Below the pieces are notes generated by a model, which saw only the letters and a list, made by a program, of their open reading frames with translations, was not told the DNA's origin and did no database searches. Made by a program: the position numbers and the translations under genes. Below, one piece after another: positions 31,221 to 41,288 of a stretch of DNA of 64,000 nucleotides; position 1 is the stretch's first letter; every line of letters starts with the position of its first letter. Origin of the DNA: an uncultured Methanosarcinales archaeon (GTDB lineage: Archaea; Nanobdellota; Nanobdellia; Woesearchaeales; JACPBV01); NCBI GenBank assembly GCA_964577685.1, contig CAZNZT010000002.1, forward strand, positions 1 through 64,000, written 5' to 3'.

Positions 31221-32250
31221 TTCATGTATTGCACTAATAAATGATATTAAGGATTACTTTGAGAGTGGATTTTCTCTTCCTGAATATGAAAGTGCATTAG
31301 AGAGAGCCTTACAATTAAAAGATTTGTTTAAAAGAAGGAATGTTCCAAGGAAAAAGTCCGAGAGAAGGAGACTATTGTCTTCTATTTCTAAATACAAAGA
31401 ACTAATAAACTATTTAAGAACCCATCATGATGAAGTAAGAAAGAAGATTTCAGAAGCTAACAGGAATAAAACAAGATTAGAAGGCCTTAGAGAAGCCTTA
31501 GAAGATAGGTTTAGAGCAGAATATAATAGCTTAGTTGTTAGAATACCTGGGCTAAAAAAAGAGGAAGAAGAGAAGAGAACTCTGATACAAAAAGGAGCAG
31601 AAAGCATAATCGCTACTTTAGCAGGTTTATCTAGCCATCCCTTAGAAGAGCTTATAAGAGAAGCAAAAGAACACAGAGAAGATATAGTAAGACTTAACAG
31701 AACGCAAAGAATGCTTTTAGATGATTACCAAGAAATAAAATCGCGTCTAGATGAAGTAAGCAGACAATTAATTTATTTGGATAAAACTTATAGAACGGGA
31801 GTGCAGGATATAGCATCAACGCAAGCTAGGGTAGGGGTAGTTTTGAGCTATCTTCATGGTTTGGACAATACCACATCAAACTTACTTAAGGGATTTTCTG
31901 AATCTAGAACACAACTGGACGAATATCAAAGAAAACTTAAGCAAGCAGATAATCATCTTTCACATAATAAAGCACCATATTACCACGGACATACAAGAAC
32001 ATCCACCAGTCCTATTTTGGCAATAGGCCATAATCTTAGGACTATTTGGCATGGAATAATTCGGCATGGAATAATAACAAGAACTGCATTGGTTAGGGAA
32101 ATGGCCAGGAATTATGGAGAAGAATTCGCAGATTATATGTTAGGGAAATATGGTTATAGCTGTATCTCACGCATTAGGAGAAAAAATCCGACATTCTATA
32201 CAAAGATTATCAAAGAGGAGCTTTCAAGATCCAGAAGAAATCTAAGCTAG
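31186..32250 (+). CDS. Coiled-coil hypothetical protein
   Basis: 354 aa, charged helical composition, in the same operon. Confidence 0.7.
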   Translation: MRHLEVIPATLDSCIALINDIKDYFESGFSLPEYESALERALQLKDLFKRRNVPRKKSERRRLLSSISKYKELINYLRTHHDEVRKKISEANRNKTRLEGLREALEDRFRAEYNSLVVRIPGLKKEEEEKRTLIQKGAESIIATLAGLSSHPLEELIREAKEHREDIVRLNRTQRMLLDDYQEIKSRLDEVSRQLIYLDKTYRTGVQDIASTQARVGVVLSYLHGLDNTTSNLLKGFSESRTQLDEYQRKLKQADNHLSHNKAPYYHGHTRTSTSPILAIGHNLRTIWHGIIRHGIITRTALVREMARNYGEEFADYMLGKYGYSCISRIRRKNPTFYTKIIKEELSRSRRNLS

Positions 32251-34017
32251 AATGTTCCTCACTCTTTTTAGGCTTAGTCCAATCAGGTCTTCTGGCCTAG
32301 CAACATAAATAACATCAAGCCCTTCCTTTTTTAATACCTCACTAAACTCAGATGGTTCCTCAAGCTGGAAAAGGACAAAATAGTTTCCAGAATCAACAAT
32401 CCCTTTTATTTCAGGTACAACCTCTGCCCAATTTGATATCTCTCCATCAGAGACCATAACAGCAAGATACCTAAAAAATGAATCATTTCTCATCCTTCTT
32501 ATAGCATTTGGGTCTAAAATTGTATTTCCATTTTGATGTTCAAATAACCCTTCTTTAATATTATCCAATCCTTCAGCACCAACCCATCCTGAGTAATTTG
32601 TAGAATCTGAGAAGTTTATAACACAAAAATAGGAATCCTTAATCATCCTAAAATCTTCAAGATATTTTAATATTGAATACACACTTCTAATGCATAAATC
32701 ATACTTGCCCTCTCCCTTAAATGGCTCCCAATCCATACTACTGCTCGAATCAACAATAAATCCATACCCTCTTATGTTATTCCCCCTACTCCCTCTTCCA
32801 ACCGTAAGTGGAACATCTCTTTCATAAAATTCAAGAGTATTTCCATCAATAAGGGTCCTTGAAAATTCAATCTCCCTTGGATTTGCTCTTCTTAAGTCTT
32901 TTATTCTCCTAAACCTTAGGAACTTTATTGGAAAGCCTCTAACCCAATCCCCCACATAAGAAATATCTCTTACCTGTCCAACCCGTTCCCTATAAATAGC
33001 ATCAAGCCTTGTGATATAGTCTCTCTTTCTTTCTTTTCCTCTCCTCTTCCCCATACCACATCCATTTCCTTTTTTGCTTCCAACCCTTTTATCCTTTTTC
33101 TTATTCTTATCTCTATTTTCTGAATCAGAAGTTGCAGACTCTTCAAGAGTAAAAATAGGACTCGTTATCGGTATCTCTTCTATATATGGTGCCAATAATC
33201 TAGCAAACCTATACGCCTTTTTACCCCACTTTTCCTTATCAGAAAGATTCGCTATTATTCTTTTTCTGCTTCTATGAATCTTAGATAATTCATCAACATC
33301 AACATAGTTCATTGGGTTTAATGTTCTGTTTAATATTCTTACAACTCTTCTGGTAAGCTTTTTTACAGTCTTATAGTCCCTGCTAAGTCTTTCTGCAAGA
33401 CTATTTGCCTCTCTCTCTTCTTTGTCATTCATAGACATTCTCATCTGGGAATCTACAAAGACACCAAAAACATCATCAAATTTCCCGAAAAGCATCCCCT
33501 CTTTCATATAGAATAAGGCTTCACCATACCTATATTTCTCAGGATCAAATCCATTAAAGCAGTTAAGTGTATTGTCTATTATGTCCATAAATATATTTGC
33601 AATCCTTCCTACTTGTGCTTCTATGGTGTCTTCTGGAATTCCTTCTTTTTGTAATCCCCTAATAATACCACCTATAATGTCCCTTTCATATTTAATATCA
33701 AATGGACATTCTTCCCAATGCCCAATCTCATGGTCAACAACAAAATAGATAAGTTCGTCAATATTGTCTCTTTCATTACTGAAATATGGTTTTTGTCTAG
33801 AAAGCCTAAATCTCCTGTGTTTGTGGTATCTACTGTTATAGGCATTTATAACATCCTTGATTCTCTCTTCTATATCTGGATCAAGAAAAACGTATATATG
33901 CCAGTCATTTGTTATAAATGCTTCAATTAGATGTTCAGTTGGCCTTCTTTCAACACTAAATTTATTTCTTGTATCCCATCCCTTTTCCTTTAGCAGGTTT
34001 TCAATTGTATATCCCAT
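32242..34017 (-). CDS. vWA-domain protein with N-terminal HExxH metallopeptidase-like domain
   Basis: VVDHEIGHWEECPFD...IANIFMD; MIDAS IVDSSSSM, GNT, VSDGE; basic low-complexity linker. Confidence 0.85.
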   Translation of the reverse strand: MGYTIENLLKEKGWDTRNKFSVERRPTEHLIEAFITNDWHIYVFLDPDIEERIKDVINAYNSRYHKHRRFRLSRQKPYFSNERDNIDELIYFVVDHEIGHWEECPFDIKYERDIIGGIIRGLQKEGIPEDTIEAQVGRIANIFMDIIDNTLNCFNGFDPEKYRYGEALFYMKEGMLFGKFDDVFGVFVDSQMRMSMNDKEEREANSLAERLSRDYKTVKKLTRRVVRILNRTLNPMNYVDVDELSKIHRSRKRIIANLSDKEKWGKKAYRFARLLAPYIEEIPITSPIFTLEESATSDSENRDKNKKKDKRVGSKKGNGCGMGKRRGKERKRDYITRLDAIYRERVGQVRDISYVGDWVRGFPIKFLRFRRIKDLRRANPREIEFSRTLIDGNTLEFYERDVPLTVGRGSRGNNIRGYGFIVDSSSSMDWEPFKGEGKYDLCIRSVYSILKYLEDFRMIKDSYFCVINFSDSTNYSGWVGAEGLDNIKEGLFEHQNGNTILDPNAIRRMRNDSFFRYLAVMVSDGEISNWAEVVPEIKGIVDSGNYFVLFQLEEPSEFSEVLKKEGLDVIYVARPEDLIGLSLKRVRNILA

Positions 34018-34035
34018 CTTGAGAAATTAAGTTAA

Positions 34036-35646
34036 TCATCTTGCTCTCAAGTAATCTAATCTAAACGCCCATGGATCAACTTCATTAACCCTCCTCTCTA
34101 GCCTTCTTCTGTCTTCCTCGTCTAGTTTTCCTTTAAGATAAGCCCTTTCAACTAAGTCCTTATCCTCCTTATGCCATCTTATTAACCTATTGTATGAAAC
34201 CTCAACAACATAATTCACTGCCCTCCACACATCGCCCTCAAATTGGGTTTCAACCCATGATGGCTTCATCCTTAGTTTCCCGTACAAAACAAAGGGGGCA
34301 GCAGCCCTCAAATCAACAGCCTCTACTTTTAGTCTTTTTACATATTCTTTTACAAACCTCTTTTTACCACCATACCTTTTGATAACATCCTTAGGTACAT
34401 CACCCCTTAATGCTGCTAAAGCAACCTTATATGACCTAACAAGTGCAAACCCTCTAGCAGCATCTACTATATTCTCTAATGTACCTACTGAGACCCCCCT
34501 TATGTTCCCACATATTTCCTTATCTTCCCTATTATGATGACAACCGTTTTCACAAATCCCAGATAATATCCCCCACTCTCTCTTCCTACCATCTTCTGTT
34601 TTTACACAATTGTCAAGATTTCCAAGATATTGGAAATATATATAGGCAAAATCACTGATTTCTAATGCTTCAGATTCCTTATTCAGATTAAGAACCCTGT
34701 TGAAATAACTTTTCCTATTCCTAAAACTCTCTCGGTCTATCTTACCACTTCTTCTACGGGCTTGCATATCTCCTAATGTGCTTGGAAATGCTTGTATGGG
34801 AAAGCAAAAACCAAGCCTTTCCCTTATAGCCTGATCAACATCACTAGTTCCAATGTATTCTGCACCTTCGTTCATAGTAAATATTCTTACCTGGTAGCAT
34901 CTGCCTAGTCTATCCTTAACACCAACCTGAAACCTTACACCCTCATCTTCAAACTGATTGTCTAATATATTGATAAATAGATTCTGCAGTTCAGGAACAG
35001 CTCTGTTTGGTTCATTTATTAGAATGGCCGGTTTTCCCAAAATCTGTTTTGGCCTTAAACTCTTACTCAAACGCCCACCTCTTTTTAGCACACCCATATC
35101 CCTATCTGTAAACTCTTTCACATCAAGGGTTGGAGAAACAGTCTTTTCTGCAAAATTACCTAACCCATAAATAGCAGCCAGCAATGAATAGCCATAAAGA
35201 GTTTTTCCGCTCCTGGAAGGACCGACTATTAATGTGTCTATATTTCTTATAGCTATTATTATACCTAGATCCCTCAGATCATACTCAACCTGAACACTGC
35301 TTACAGGATCCTCTACCCTACTCACAACTGCACTATTCATATACTTGTCTGTTTCCCTTCTTACTTGCTTCTCTAATGATATAAGGTCCCTGTAAGCATA
35401 ACACTCCCTAAGCTCAGAAAAATCAATACAATCAAAACCAAGAAACAAGCCTGCTCTTTCTTTTATTCTATTATACCTTCTGTCTATCTCTCTGAATCCA
35501 TCTATAACTCTCATAGCAGTCTCTCTTATCTTGTTATATTCTCCAATAGTCTCATCTATAAATCTCCTCCTAAGAAAACCAAGAGGATTTCTTATTCTTT
35601 TAGATTTATCCTCTTCCTCTTCTTTCACAGATTCTTTTTTTTTCAT
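34036..35646 (-). CDS. MoxR-like AAA+ ATPase with Cys-rich insertion
   Basis: Walker A GPSRSGKT, ILINEPNRAVPELQNLF (compare MoxR DEINRA), FTMN...DQAIRERL; adjacent to the vWA gene. Confidence 0.85.
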   Translation of the reverse strand: MKKKESVKEEEEDKSKRIRNPLGFLRRRFIDETIGEYNKIRETAMRVIDGFREIDRRYNRIKERAGLFLGFDCIDFSELRECYAYRDLISLEKQVRRETDKYMNSAVVSRVEDPVSSVQVEYDLRDLGIIIAIRNIDTLIVGPSRSGKTLYGYSLLAAIYGLGNFAEKTVSPTLDVKEFTDRDMGVLKRGGRLSKSLRPKQILGKPAILINEPNRAVPELQNLFINILDNQFEDEGVRFQVGVKDRLGRCYQVRIFTMNEGAEYIGTSDVDQAIRERLGFCFPIQAFPSTLGDMQARRRSGKIDRESFRNRKSYFNRVLNLNKESEALEISDFAYIYFQYLGNLDNCVKTEDGRKREWGILSGICENGCHHNREDKEICGNIRGVSVGTLENIVDAARGFALVRSYKVALAALRGDVPKDVIKRYGGKKRFVKEYVKRLKVEAVDLRAAAPFVLYGKLRMKPSWVETQFEGDVWRAVNYVVEVSYNRLIRWHKEDKDLVERAYLKGKLDEEDRRRLERRVNEVDPWAFRLDYLRAR

Positions 35647-35656
35647 AACCTACTTT

Positions 35657-35947
35657 TTATTTTATCCTGCCCTCAAGCCCAATTCCATATTCCTCTATAG
35701 CCTTTTTAAGCTCCTCTGGGCTTTTTACTATCCTATCATACTTCTCAAACACTTCTCTGACCTCCTCTGGATTTTTTGCATTCTCAACTGTAAGAGACAA
35801 GACCTTATAATCAATACTGTCCATCTGCTCTATCCTATTTTGTAAGGCTTCAATTTTGGATCTTACCCTGTGTCTTTCGTACCTTATACCGCCGTAGAAC
35901 ACAGCACCAGCTAAGACAACAATGCCTAAATCCTTTAATAAACCCAT
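35657..35947 (-). CDS. Small membrane-anchored protein
   Basis: MGLLKDLGIVVLAGAVFYGG, resembling 22972-23268. Confidence 0.75.
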   Translation of the reverse strand: MGLLKDLGIVVLAGAVFYGGIRYERHRVRSKIEALQNRIEQMDSIDYKVLSLTVENAKNPEEVREVFEKYDRIVKSPEELKKAIEEYGIGLEGRIK

Positions 35948-36561
35948 CTTTGTTCACCCCTTGAATAAATTCCTCTTACCTGATTAGGAATTCCTCTTAC
36001 ATGACTGGGACTATTAGTTTTTATTTTTGGATTTTCATCTCCTTCATTTCTATCCTTATCTAGCCCTAATTTTTCCATTAGCTTTTTTTCAAATCTTATA
36101 TACCTGCCCAACATACCCAATGTTGCCTCTATATTCTGCTCTATGGCTCTCTCAACAGCCTCAGCAATATCATCACTAGTTTTCTTTTCCATCCTATCCA
36201 TATTTTTCAGACAATATCTAGTTATTCGGTTCATATACTCGTTCTTCTCGTAAGGCTCACAATCACTAATAGCTTCCATTAATGCACCAAGCCTGTATTC
36301 AATAGTGCCAACACTTATAAATGACCCGCTATCGTGAATTCTTAGCTGTAGTTTATACTCCTTGCCTGTAACGAGATATTCTACTCCTTGTTCTTTTTTA
36401 ACACTGTATCTTGTTCTTGCTTTGCAATCACTTGTTCTTGCTTTGCAACCATTTATTCCATAACCTGAAAGAAAACCAATTCCAAAAATAAGACCAAGAT
36501 AACAAAGGCCTTCTATAGTTTCTTTCACCCTTTCCCAAAGCTCTTCCAATCCTTCTTCCAT
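35935..36561 (-). CDS. Membrane-anchored hypothetical protein
   Basis: 208 aa with one TM; two short 21-bp tandem duplications (CKART x2, VRGI x2). Confidence 0.7.
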   Translation of the reverse strand: MEEGLEELWERVKETIEGLCYLGLIFGIGFLSGYGINGCKARTSDCKARTRYSVKKEQGVEYLVTGKEYKLQLRIHDSGSFISVGTIEYRLGALMEAISDCEPYEKNEYMNRITRYCLKNMDRMEKKTSDDIAEAVERAIEQNIEATLGMLGRYIRFEKKLMEKLGLDKDRNEGDENPKIKTNSPSHVRGIPNQVRGIYSRGEQRWVY

Positions 36562-36719
36562 TTTATTTTCACCATTATTTTAGTCTGCTCTCATAATAAA
36601 GCATTTTTAATAAGCTTTGCTTGGAAGGAATAGAATAAATTACAACGCTCCAATAAAATATTCCATGCTACTTGTAAATTTTTTTATTATAAATAATAGA
36701 ATGAAAACATCTTCAGAAC

Positions 36720-37199
36720 TTACAACCTTTTATTTTTTATTACATTGCTTAGTAGTCCACTACAATCCTCTTTAAGCTCTTCAATTATATAATGTTCTTT
36801 TTTTCCGTCTATTCCATATGCCTCAATTTTCTCCTTGAAAGATTCATACTCAGAGAGATTTCTGAAGAACAAATCTACTATAAAGTCATACCCGTTATTT
36901 ATTTTTTTTATCCAGTTCACACACTTTTCCCCAATTAAAAAATCCAGCAATTCTTTCTTTTTTTCAACTCTGATTATAAAGTTTATCCTCAGGGGAAACC
37001 CTATTTTGCTAAAATTAATGATTGCTATATGCTTTTCTATAATTCCTTTCTTTTTTAGCCTTCTAATTATATTATGTATTGTGGTTGTAGGTACTCCAGT
37101 CTTCTTGGATATCCCTGCTAAGCTTTGTCTTGAGTTTTTTATTAGTTCCAGTAGAATTAGGCTTTCCTTTTCATCAAGGATTATCCTTTCTTCGTCCAT
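36720..37199 (-). CDS. Lrp/AsnC family transcriptional regulator
   Basis: LDEKESLILLELIKNSRQSLAGISKKTGVPTTTIHNIIRRL HTH plus RAM-like C-terminus. Confidence 0.9.
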   Translation of the reverse strand: MDEERIILDEKESLILLELIKNSRQSLAGISKKTGVPTTTIHNIIRRLKKKGIIEKHIAIINFSKIGFPLRINFIIRVEKKKELLDFLIGEKCVNWIKKINNGYDFIVDLFFRNLSEYESFKEKIEAYGIDGKKEHYIIEELKEDCSGLLSNVIKNKRL

Positions 37200-37319
37200 T
37201 TTTTTGTAATTAAAGTTTATTTTATTATTTATAAGCCTTTTTGAGAAAACTGAAATGTATTTTCAAACATATTAGAAATCCTACATTCTCCAACTATCAT
37301 CCCTTAATTTAGAATCTTT

Positions 37320-37787
37320 CTAATTCTTTAGTAAGCCCAATGTCTCAGGATGACTCATAAATTCTTCCTTCTTAATCTCTTCAACCACATAATAAACCTG
37401 CTTTTCTTCTATATTAAACCTCTCCTCAAGCATCTCTAGGAAGTCTTCTAATTCTTTTATGCTTGTGAAAATGCATTCAAACAAGAAATCAAAGCCATTG
37501 TTTATTTTCAATACAGAATTGATATTCTGATGCTTAATAAGGTATTCTTTTGTTTCCTTTCTCTTTTCCTTAGGCACCCTTATCATTACATTAGCCTTAA
37601 TGTCAAATCCAAGTTTGTTAAAATTTATTATTGTGGTGTACCTTACAAGTCCTTCATTCCTATAAGCCTTTAGTTTTTCAAATATAGTTGATACGGGTAT
37701 GTTCGTCTTTTTGCTTATTTTGGTCAATGTCTCCCTTGCATTTCTCCTTAGATTGCATAAAATTATTAAGTCCTTTTCTGATAGCAT
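37320..37787 (-). CDS. Lrp/AsnC family transcriptional regulator
   Basis: LSEKDLIILCNLRRNARETLTKISKKTNIPVSTIFEKL; tandem paralog of the neighbouring gene. Confidence 0.9.
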   Translation of the reverse strand: MLSEKDLIILCNLRRNARETLTKISKKTNIPVSTIFEKLKAYRNEGLVRYTTIINFNKLGFDIKANVMIRVPKEKRKETKEYLIKHQNINSVLKINNGFDFLFECIFTSIKELEDFLEMLEERFNIEEKQVYYVVEEIKKEEFMSHPETLGLLKN

Positions 37788-37927
37788 CTTACCCCCTAAA
37801 AACCTAGAAATACTTTACTCTTTATAAATTACTATCATAGACTAGTGTATATATAATGATATATTTACATAAAAATTGAAGTATGATAATAGTAATATAT
37901 AAATACTAAAATTGTTTTCCATCCATT

Positions 37928-38896
37928 ATGGAAACATTACCAGACCTCAAGAAATGGTTTGACTTAACAGAGCAGCAAACTAGAATAATTAAGATAATAA
38001 GCCTATTGAATAATCTTAACATTGATGCATCACCAAACAAAATAAATGAAAAGTATAAAGAGCTTTTTGGGAAAAAAATAGACAAGCCAAACCTTTTCAG
38101 ACAACTCAAAATTCTTGTTAATGAGTCCCTTATACACAAGAATGAGAAGTTCGCATATATCCTTGATTTTGAGGGCATATCTAGGCTATTATCAAGAAAA
38201 GAAGAACAGATTAAAAAAGAAATCCAAAATTTTAATGAGTTCAAAATGAACCTAATGGGAAGGTTAAAGTCATTGGCAGAATCAGAAACCCCTCGGGTAA
38301 AATACCTTCCTACAACAAAAGATTATTTTGATGAAGTAGTCAGATATCTGATAGATGCAGATGTCATCTACATAGTATCACCATTCGCAAATATAACATT
38401 TACATCTATAGTTAGTGAAAGTGCTTCAAGGAAAGAATATAATGAAATACTACATAAGAGGTGTTTCTTTGATAAAACATTAAGAGTAAAATATTTAACA
38501 AAGCTGAATCTAGTCATACCATACACGCATGCCTATAAAAAATACAAAGATAAAAATGCTTCACTTAGGGAATGTAAAATAATAGTAGATAACCTTATAA
38601 ACATGCTCAAGACACACCCTCTTCTCTCTATGCATTATCTGGACAACCCATTTGGATTTGATTTCCTACTTCCAGTAAAAAATAATGACCCGAAGCACAT
38701 ATTTCTATACATAAGAAACAAGGATAACATAATAACAAGTGGCTTGTATATAAAATCTAGTCAGATTGCAAAAAAGGCAGAAGAGCATTTTCTAAATGAA
38801 TGCAAGATAGCCCTTAACCTAAAATCAAAAAAAGGATATGCCAAAATTAGAAGATTATACTCGCACCTTAAAAGAAAAAAATTTCTTAATAAATGA
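37928..38896 (+). CDS. Probable TrmB-like transcriptional regulator (N-terminal wHTH, coiled coil, effector domain)
   Basis: FDLTEQQTRII...KPNLFRQLKILVNESLI wHTH pattern; divergent from the Lrp pair. Confidence 0.55.
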   Translation: METLPDLKKWFDLTEQQTRIIKIISLLNNLNIDASPNKINEKYKELFGKKIDKPNLFRQLKILVNESLIHKNEKFAYILDFEGISRLLSRKEEQIKKEIQNFNEFKMNLMGRLKSLAESETPRVKYLPTTKDYFDEVVRYLIDADVIYIVSPFANITFTSIVSESASRKEYNEILHKRCFFDKTLRVKYLTKLNLVIPYTHAYKKYKDKNASLRECKIIVDNLINMLKTHPLLSMHYLDNPFGFDFLLPVKNNDPKHIFLYIRNKDNIITSGLYIKSSQIAKKAEEHFLNECKIALNLKSKKGYAKIRRLYSHLKRKKFLNK

Positions 38897-40000
38897 TTAC
38901 ATTATAGAATCAACAAACCTATATATTGTGTCTCTTGCTTTTCTTAGGCTTTCTATACTAACATACTCTTTATTTGAATGTAGTCCTTTACCAACAGGTC
39001 CAAAACAAACAGCAGGAATACCTGCTCTAGCAAAAAAACCAGCATCTGAAAAAAACCTCGCATCACTATACTCTGCTTTTCCAATCACATCTTGCACGGC
39101 TTGATAGAGTTTATCTATGAGCTCCCCTTTAGGCTCTGTTATTGCAGGCCCCCCTGTGTCTAAAATAACTCTCTTTATCTCTATTCCCCTCTTTTTTATA
39201 GCATCTAACAACCTTTTCTTATCCTCTGGTGTCGTATATCTAGCATCAATAACAGCAGTTGCCTCCCTTGGAATTCTGTTTGGTATATCTTGAGAACCAG
39301 AATGGAGATATCCTACAGAAAAAGATGTTTGCCAAAACTCAGAATCTGTGGCTATATTAAATTCTCCTACGAGTTCCTCTATTCCCCGTGCAAGTTTATA
39401 TATCGGATTGTCCCCAAGAAACGGTGTTGAACCATGGGCAGACCTTCCTCTGCATTCAAGCTCTAACCATAATACGCCTTTCTCTCTTGTTGTTATCCTT
39501 AATCCAGTTGGTTCACCAGCAATAGCAAGCCCACATCTGTATCCCTTTGAATTAACAAGAAAATCAACGCCATCCTTTCCACCAATTTCTTCATCCGAAG
39601 ATAGAATCAGTCCTATATCTGGTTTATTCTCTTTTATTGAATAATCTCTCATTAGGTTCAAAAGAACAGCAACCATCCCTTTCATATCTAATGTTCCAGT
39701 CCCATATAAGTTTCCATTCTCTCTTCTTGGCTCAAAGCAAGAGACATCAAATGGGTCAACAACATCCACATGCCCAATAAAGAAAACTTTTGGATTAACG
39801 GTGTCTCTTAAAGTAGCAACCATTGACATCTTCCCGTTTACATTATACACTTTTACTTTTGTGTCCGTTTTATCTAGGTAATCCAAGCACAAATCTATTG
39901 CCTCACATAATGCACGCTTGTCTCTAGATACAGACCTAATCCTTACCAGCTTTTCTGCAAGTTCTAATATTCGCTCCATTTTAACCGTAAGGCTGGACAT
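38897..40000 (-). CDS. M20 family metallopeptidase/amidohydrolase (ArgE/DapE-like)
   Basis: GHVDVV, GTGTLDMKG, SDEEIGG, GEPT, GRSAHGSTP, SDAGFF, GLHSNKE. Confidence 0.92.
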   Translation of the reverse strand: MSSLTVKMERILELAEKLVRIRSVSRDKRALCEAIDLCLDYLDKTDTKVKVYNVNGKMSMVATLRDTVNPKVFFIGHVDVVDPFDVSCFEPRRENGNLYGTGTLDMKGMVAVLLNLMRDYSIKENKPDIGLILSSDEEIGGKDGVDFLVNSKGYRCGLAIAGEPTGLRITTREKGVLWLELECRGRSAHGSTPFLGDNPIYKLARGIEELVGEFNIATDSEFWQTSFSVGYLHSGSQDIPNRIPREATAVIDARYTTPEDKKRLLDAIKKRGIEIKRVILDTGGPAITEPKGELIDKLYQAVQDVIGKAEYSDARFFSDAGFFARAGIPAVCFGPVGKGLHSNKEYVSIESLRKARDTIYRFVDSIM

Positions 40001-41288
40001 ACTCCTTGAGGATTTGCTTTATGAACATTTCGGAAGAGTACAAGGCAATCGCCTTGCTTAAGGCAACTATATCGTCAAGGTTGCATCTTTCTGGTGGAAG
40101 ATGTATGTCTTCAATTGGAAATCCGAACAGAAGTGGATTTTGCATGAATTTAATCCATACCTCACTTGACCTACTGAATCTTTCTTTGTTTAATCTAAAC
40201 TCAACGCCTAACTTGCCCAAAAACCTAGAGTTCAAACTTAACAACTCAGCAATGTTTTGGCTACATCTTGCTCCTCTGCCACCACCAGACCTTAGTCCAT
40301 ACAAAGCTCCATTCCCAGGATATGTTTCACTTCCAATGTAGGCTCTATGGCCATCAATCACAATTGCGTCAGTAGGCGGAGTATCACCCTTGGCCAAATC
40401 TCTGATTATTGGATAAAAAGCACCCTCTGCCCAACCGTATGGTCCCTCTTCTGGAGGCCCCTCCTCTTCTGATGATGTGACTATCCTTATTTTCCTTCCT
40501 CTTTGTTCTAATTCCGATATAAGCATATCTGCCGCAATAAGGGCAGCAGTCAATCCAGCCCTGTCATCAACATTAGCAGCCTCAACATTTCTGTCTCCGT
40601 CATCACAATAGTATGCTTCATTGTCATATATTATCAATACCTCGTTTGGTATTCTAATGTTTCCCTCATACTCAAATATATAGGGAGACTTATCGCTGTC
40701 TCTCAGTGGCTCATCTTCTGTTCTTCTTTCAATCTTTCTAACACACTTTATAACCCCCCTTGTGATTTCCCTAAGCCCGGGCGACCCATTTCTAGAATAG
40801 GGATCATACTTATAACAAACAGCATAGAATTCTCTTCCTACTCTTGTTTTTTCATTGCCATCCTCTTGTCCTAGCATACATTTGTGGGAGGGAAATACCT
40901 GAACATGATTCCATCCATCTCTTAAGTGCTCTTTTCCTTCACCCTCATATCTAACCCCATTAAACTTTGCCACAGGATAAAAAGAAACTTGATCACCATG
41001 GGGCACTAAATCAATAAGGATATCTGTACGCTCCATAGAACCAAGTTCTATTATAATATCTCCTCTTCTGTTTATAGAAATTCTATAACTCTCTGGATTC
41101 CATTGAAATATTTCTTCTATTACTTCCCTCTCTGCATAGTAAAGTTCACATAAGGAGCCAGTAGGAGCAGGAGCAAGAGAAAGTGTATGGAGGATGGGTC
41201 TTACGATTTCTGGATTATACCCCTTTAGTCTTCTTAGAAGCCTTGGGTATTCTGTTTCAATAATGCTATACAGTCCGTTTTCATCCAT
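39981..41288 (-). CDS. Divergent M42/M20-clan dinuclear metallopeptidase
   Basis: PHGDQV, NVDDRAG, SSEEEG, AIVIDG and DIHLPPE match the order of M42 metal ligands. Confidence 0.7.
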   Translation of the reverse strand: MDENGLYSIIETEYPRLLRRLKGYNPEIVRPILHTLSLAPAPTGSLCELYYAEREVIEEIFQWNPESYRISINRRGDIIIELGSMERTDILIDLVPHGDQVSFYPVAKFNGVRYEGEGKEHLRDGWNHVQVFPSHKCMLGQEDGNEKTRVGREFYAVCYKYDPYSRNGSPGLREITRGVIKCVRKIERRTEDEPLRDSDKSPYIFEYEGNIRIPNEVLIIYDNEAYYCDDGDRNVEAANVDDRAGLTAALIAADMLISELEQRGRKIRIVTSSEEEGPPEEGPYGWAEGAFYPIIRDLAKGDTPPTDAIVIDGHRAYIGSETYPGNGALYGLRSGGGRGARCSQNIAELLSLNSRFLGKLGVEFRLNKERFSRSSEVWIKFMQNPLLFGFPIEDIHLPPERCNLDDIVALSKAIALYSSEMFIKQILKEYVQPYG

